A stretch of DNA of 35,521 bases, taken from positions 1-35,521 of the forward strand of contig CAKJXZ020000027.1 of assembly GCA_918234285.1 (NCBI GenBank). Direction: 5' to 3'. Below the pieces are notes generated by a model. That model was not told the DNA's origin. It saw nothing but the letters and a program-made list of their open reading frames with translations, and made no database searches. The position numbers and the translations under genes were made by a program. Below are positions 34,323 through 35,521 of this stretch, piece after piece (the first letter of the stretch is position 1; each line of letters starts with the position of its first letter). Origin of the DNA: Pseudomonadota bacterium (lineage in GTDB: Bacteria; Pseudomonadota; Alphaproteobacteria; RF32; CAG-239).

Positions 34323-34555
34323 AAATCAACCCCCAGCATCATTTCAATAGTTCCGGCTGGAACTCCGTTTTTATATTTTTCCCGGATTTCCATAAGCTTT
34401 TCTTTTGAGTTTTCGTAACTCTGGCCGGAATAACGCTGACCATATTTTTTGATTGAATACTCAAAAGCATTGGTTCCTTTTCTCAGTTGATAGTAAAACT
34501 GATTCCTTGTTAATCCTAAAGCTTTCCAGGGTTCACTTCTTTTTCTTTTCTTCAC
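34319..34555 (-). CDS. Small basic HTH-like protein
   Basis: WKALGLTRNQFYYQLRKG; probable GTG start overlapping the upstream stop. Confidence 0.5.
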   Translation of the reverse strand: MKKRKRSEPWKALGLTRNQFYYQLRKGTNAFEYSIKKYGQRYSGQSYENSKEKLMEIREKYKNGVPAGTIEMMLGVDL

Positions 34556-34839
34556 TGTTTTGCTCCGCAAGGTTCCGGAAAATCTTTCCAAGCAATAGGT
34601 TTTGAACATTCCTTCAGAGTGCCGCTTGTTATAAACACGCTATCACTGTCATAGAACCAGCTTTCAATAGAAATCTTGATTTGACCTCTTTTTGCGTTCT
34701 TATATTCTCTTACGCATTTACCAGAACAGGTCTCTCTTTCGCCTTCATCATTAAGAACTGTAATAATCACACGTTTGTAATTAGGTGGATAACGGTCCTC
34801 AACATAGCACCATTCATTTTGATTCAGCATACAATTCAA
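34552..34839 (-). CDS. DUF551-like phage protein
   Basis: WCYVEDRYP...IAWKDFPEP. Confidence 0.6.
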   Translation of the reverse strand: MNCMLNQNEWCYVEDRYPPNYKRVIITVLNDEGERETCSGKCVREYKNAKRGQIKISIESWFYDSDSVFITSGTLKECSKPIAWKDFPEPCGAKQ

Positions 34840-35017
34840 TCTCCTTAATTATTTCATCTTTGTGAGAGCCGATATAAAAAGCAGCTCTGAATAGTCTTTC
34901 TTCTGGACTGATTTCATAAACAGGAGCATTTGCAAAAGCTTCAACTTTTTTATGTGTTTCCGGTGGTAGTTTTTTTTTCGTATAACGCTCATACAGATTC
35001 ATAAATAAACGCTCCAA
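34814..35017 (-). CDS. Hypothetical protein
   Basis: 67-aa ORF directly after terS. Confidence 0.5.
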   Translation of the reverse strand: MERLFMNLYERYTKKKLPPETHKKVEAFANAPVYEISPEERLFRAAFYIGSHKDEIIKEIELYAESK

Positions 35018-35020
35018 ATA

Positions 35021-35494
35021 TTATGAATTTCCAAATATTTGAGACAGTAAATCATCATCTTCACTGTCATCCTTTTGATGTACCCTCATCTTCATTCTGG
35101 CTTCTGGAGTTTCGCCAAACTTCATCATAAACTTATGAAAGCGGTCCATGTGTTCCTTGTAAACATCCAGCAGATTCATCTGACGGGTTTTATCAAGAGC
35201 TCTTAAATAAGCTCCATAGCTTTCATAACCGTTTACTTCATCCAGGCAGTCCTGAGCAATATCGTAGCTTGTAAAGGCATCTTTAAGCATGACTGCATCA
35301 ACAATTGATACAAGGCCGGCAGATACCATTGCAGGAACAATTTCATTCCACTTATCAGCAGCACGATCCGACAAAGAGGGTGGTGGAGGAAGCCTTTCTA
35401 CAGGTTCAAGGGTAAGCCCGCGACCATCATGCCTACTTGGTCTGTAAGTTTCATTTTTTTTATGCTCTTCAATGCTTTTTGGCGGTCGCCCCAT
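35021..35494 (-). CDS. terS: Terminase small subunit, P27 family
   Basis: MGRPPKS..H...TYRPSRH...PPPSLSDRAADKWNEIVP...FGETPEAR; AAGGAG RBS. Confidence 0.88.
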   Translation of the reverse strand: MGRPPKSIEEHKKNETYRPSRHDGRGLTLEPVERLPPPPSLSDRAADKWNEIVPAMVSAGLVSIVDAVMLKDAFTSYDIAQDCLDEVNGYESYGAYLRALDKTRQMNLLDVYKEHMDRFHKFMMKFGETPEARMKMRVHQKDDSEDDDLLSQIFGNS

Positions 35495-35521
35495 AAAATC
35501 TCCTTTTATAAAAGAAAGTCA

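Larger units (their letters stand above)
1..35521 (-). mobile_element. Temperate HK97-like siphovirus genome, near-complete, excised (attP-containing) form
   Basis: Packaging, head, tail, lysis, replication and lysogeny modules are all present with no host genes. The ends fall between HNH and terS, and attP is internal. Confidence 0.93.

Overview
The window is an essentially complete ~35.5 kb temperate siphovirus genome with HK97-type head genes, a non-contractile tail, a P27-type small terminase and an HNH gene. Almost all genes are on the minus strand. It is in the excised form: an intact attP carrying the 3' half of a tRNA-Arg(UCU) sits between integrase and the tail fibre gene. Spanins indicate a diderm host; the integrase and lysin families remind me of spirochaete (Treponema-like) phages, which is unverified. 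The main system is a complete diversity-generating retroelement (target-avd-TR-RT) in the tail module. Its single 104-nt template repeat matches two variable repeats with adenine-specific differences: one in the adjacent fibre-like gene and one ~20.7 kb away in a small, apparently non-structural gene that also carries a copy of the downstream hairpins. Other notable features: a bipartite element shared by the cI-xis leader and the integrase leader next to an RBS-occluding hairpin; a highly structured Cro-less early leader; a recurrent TGACWTT motif before late genes with a candidate sigma-region-2-only regulator; a scattered packaging module with the lysis genes between terL and portal; and a candidate papain-like endolysin. 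Three genes are broken at homopolymers, probably assembly errors. All family assignments come from motif recognition by eye, with no database searches.
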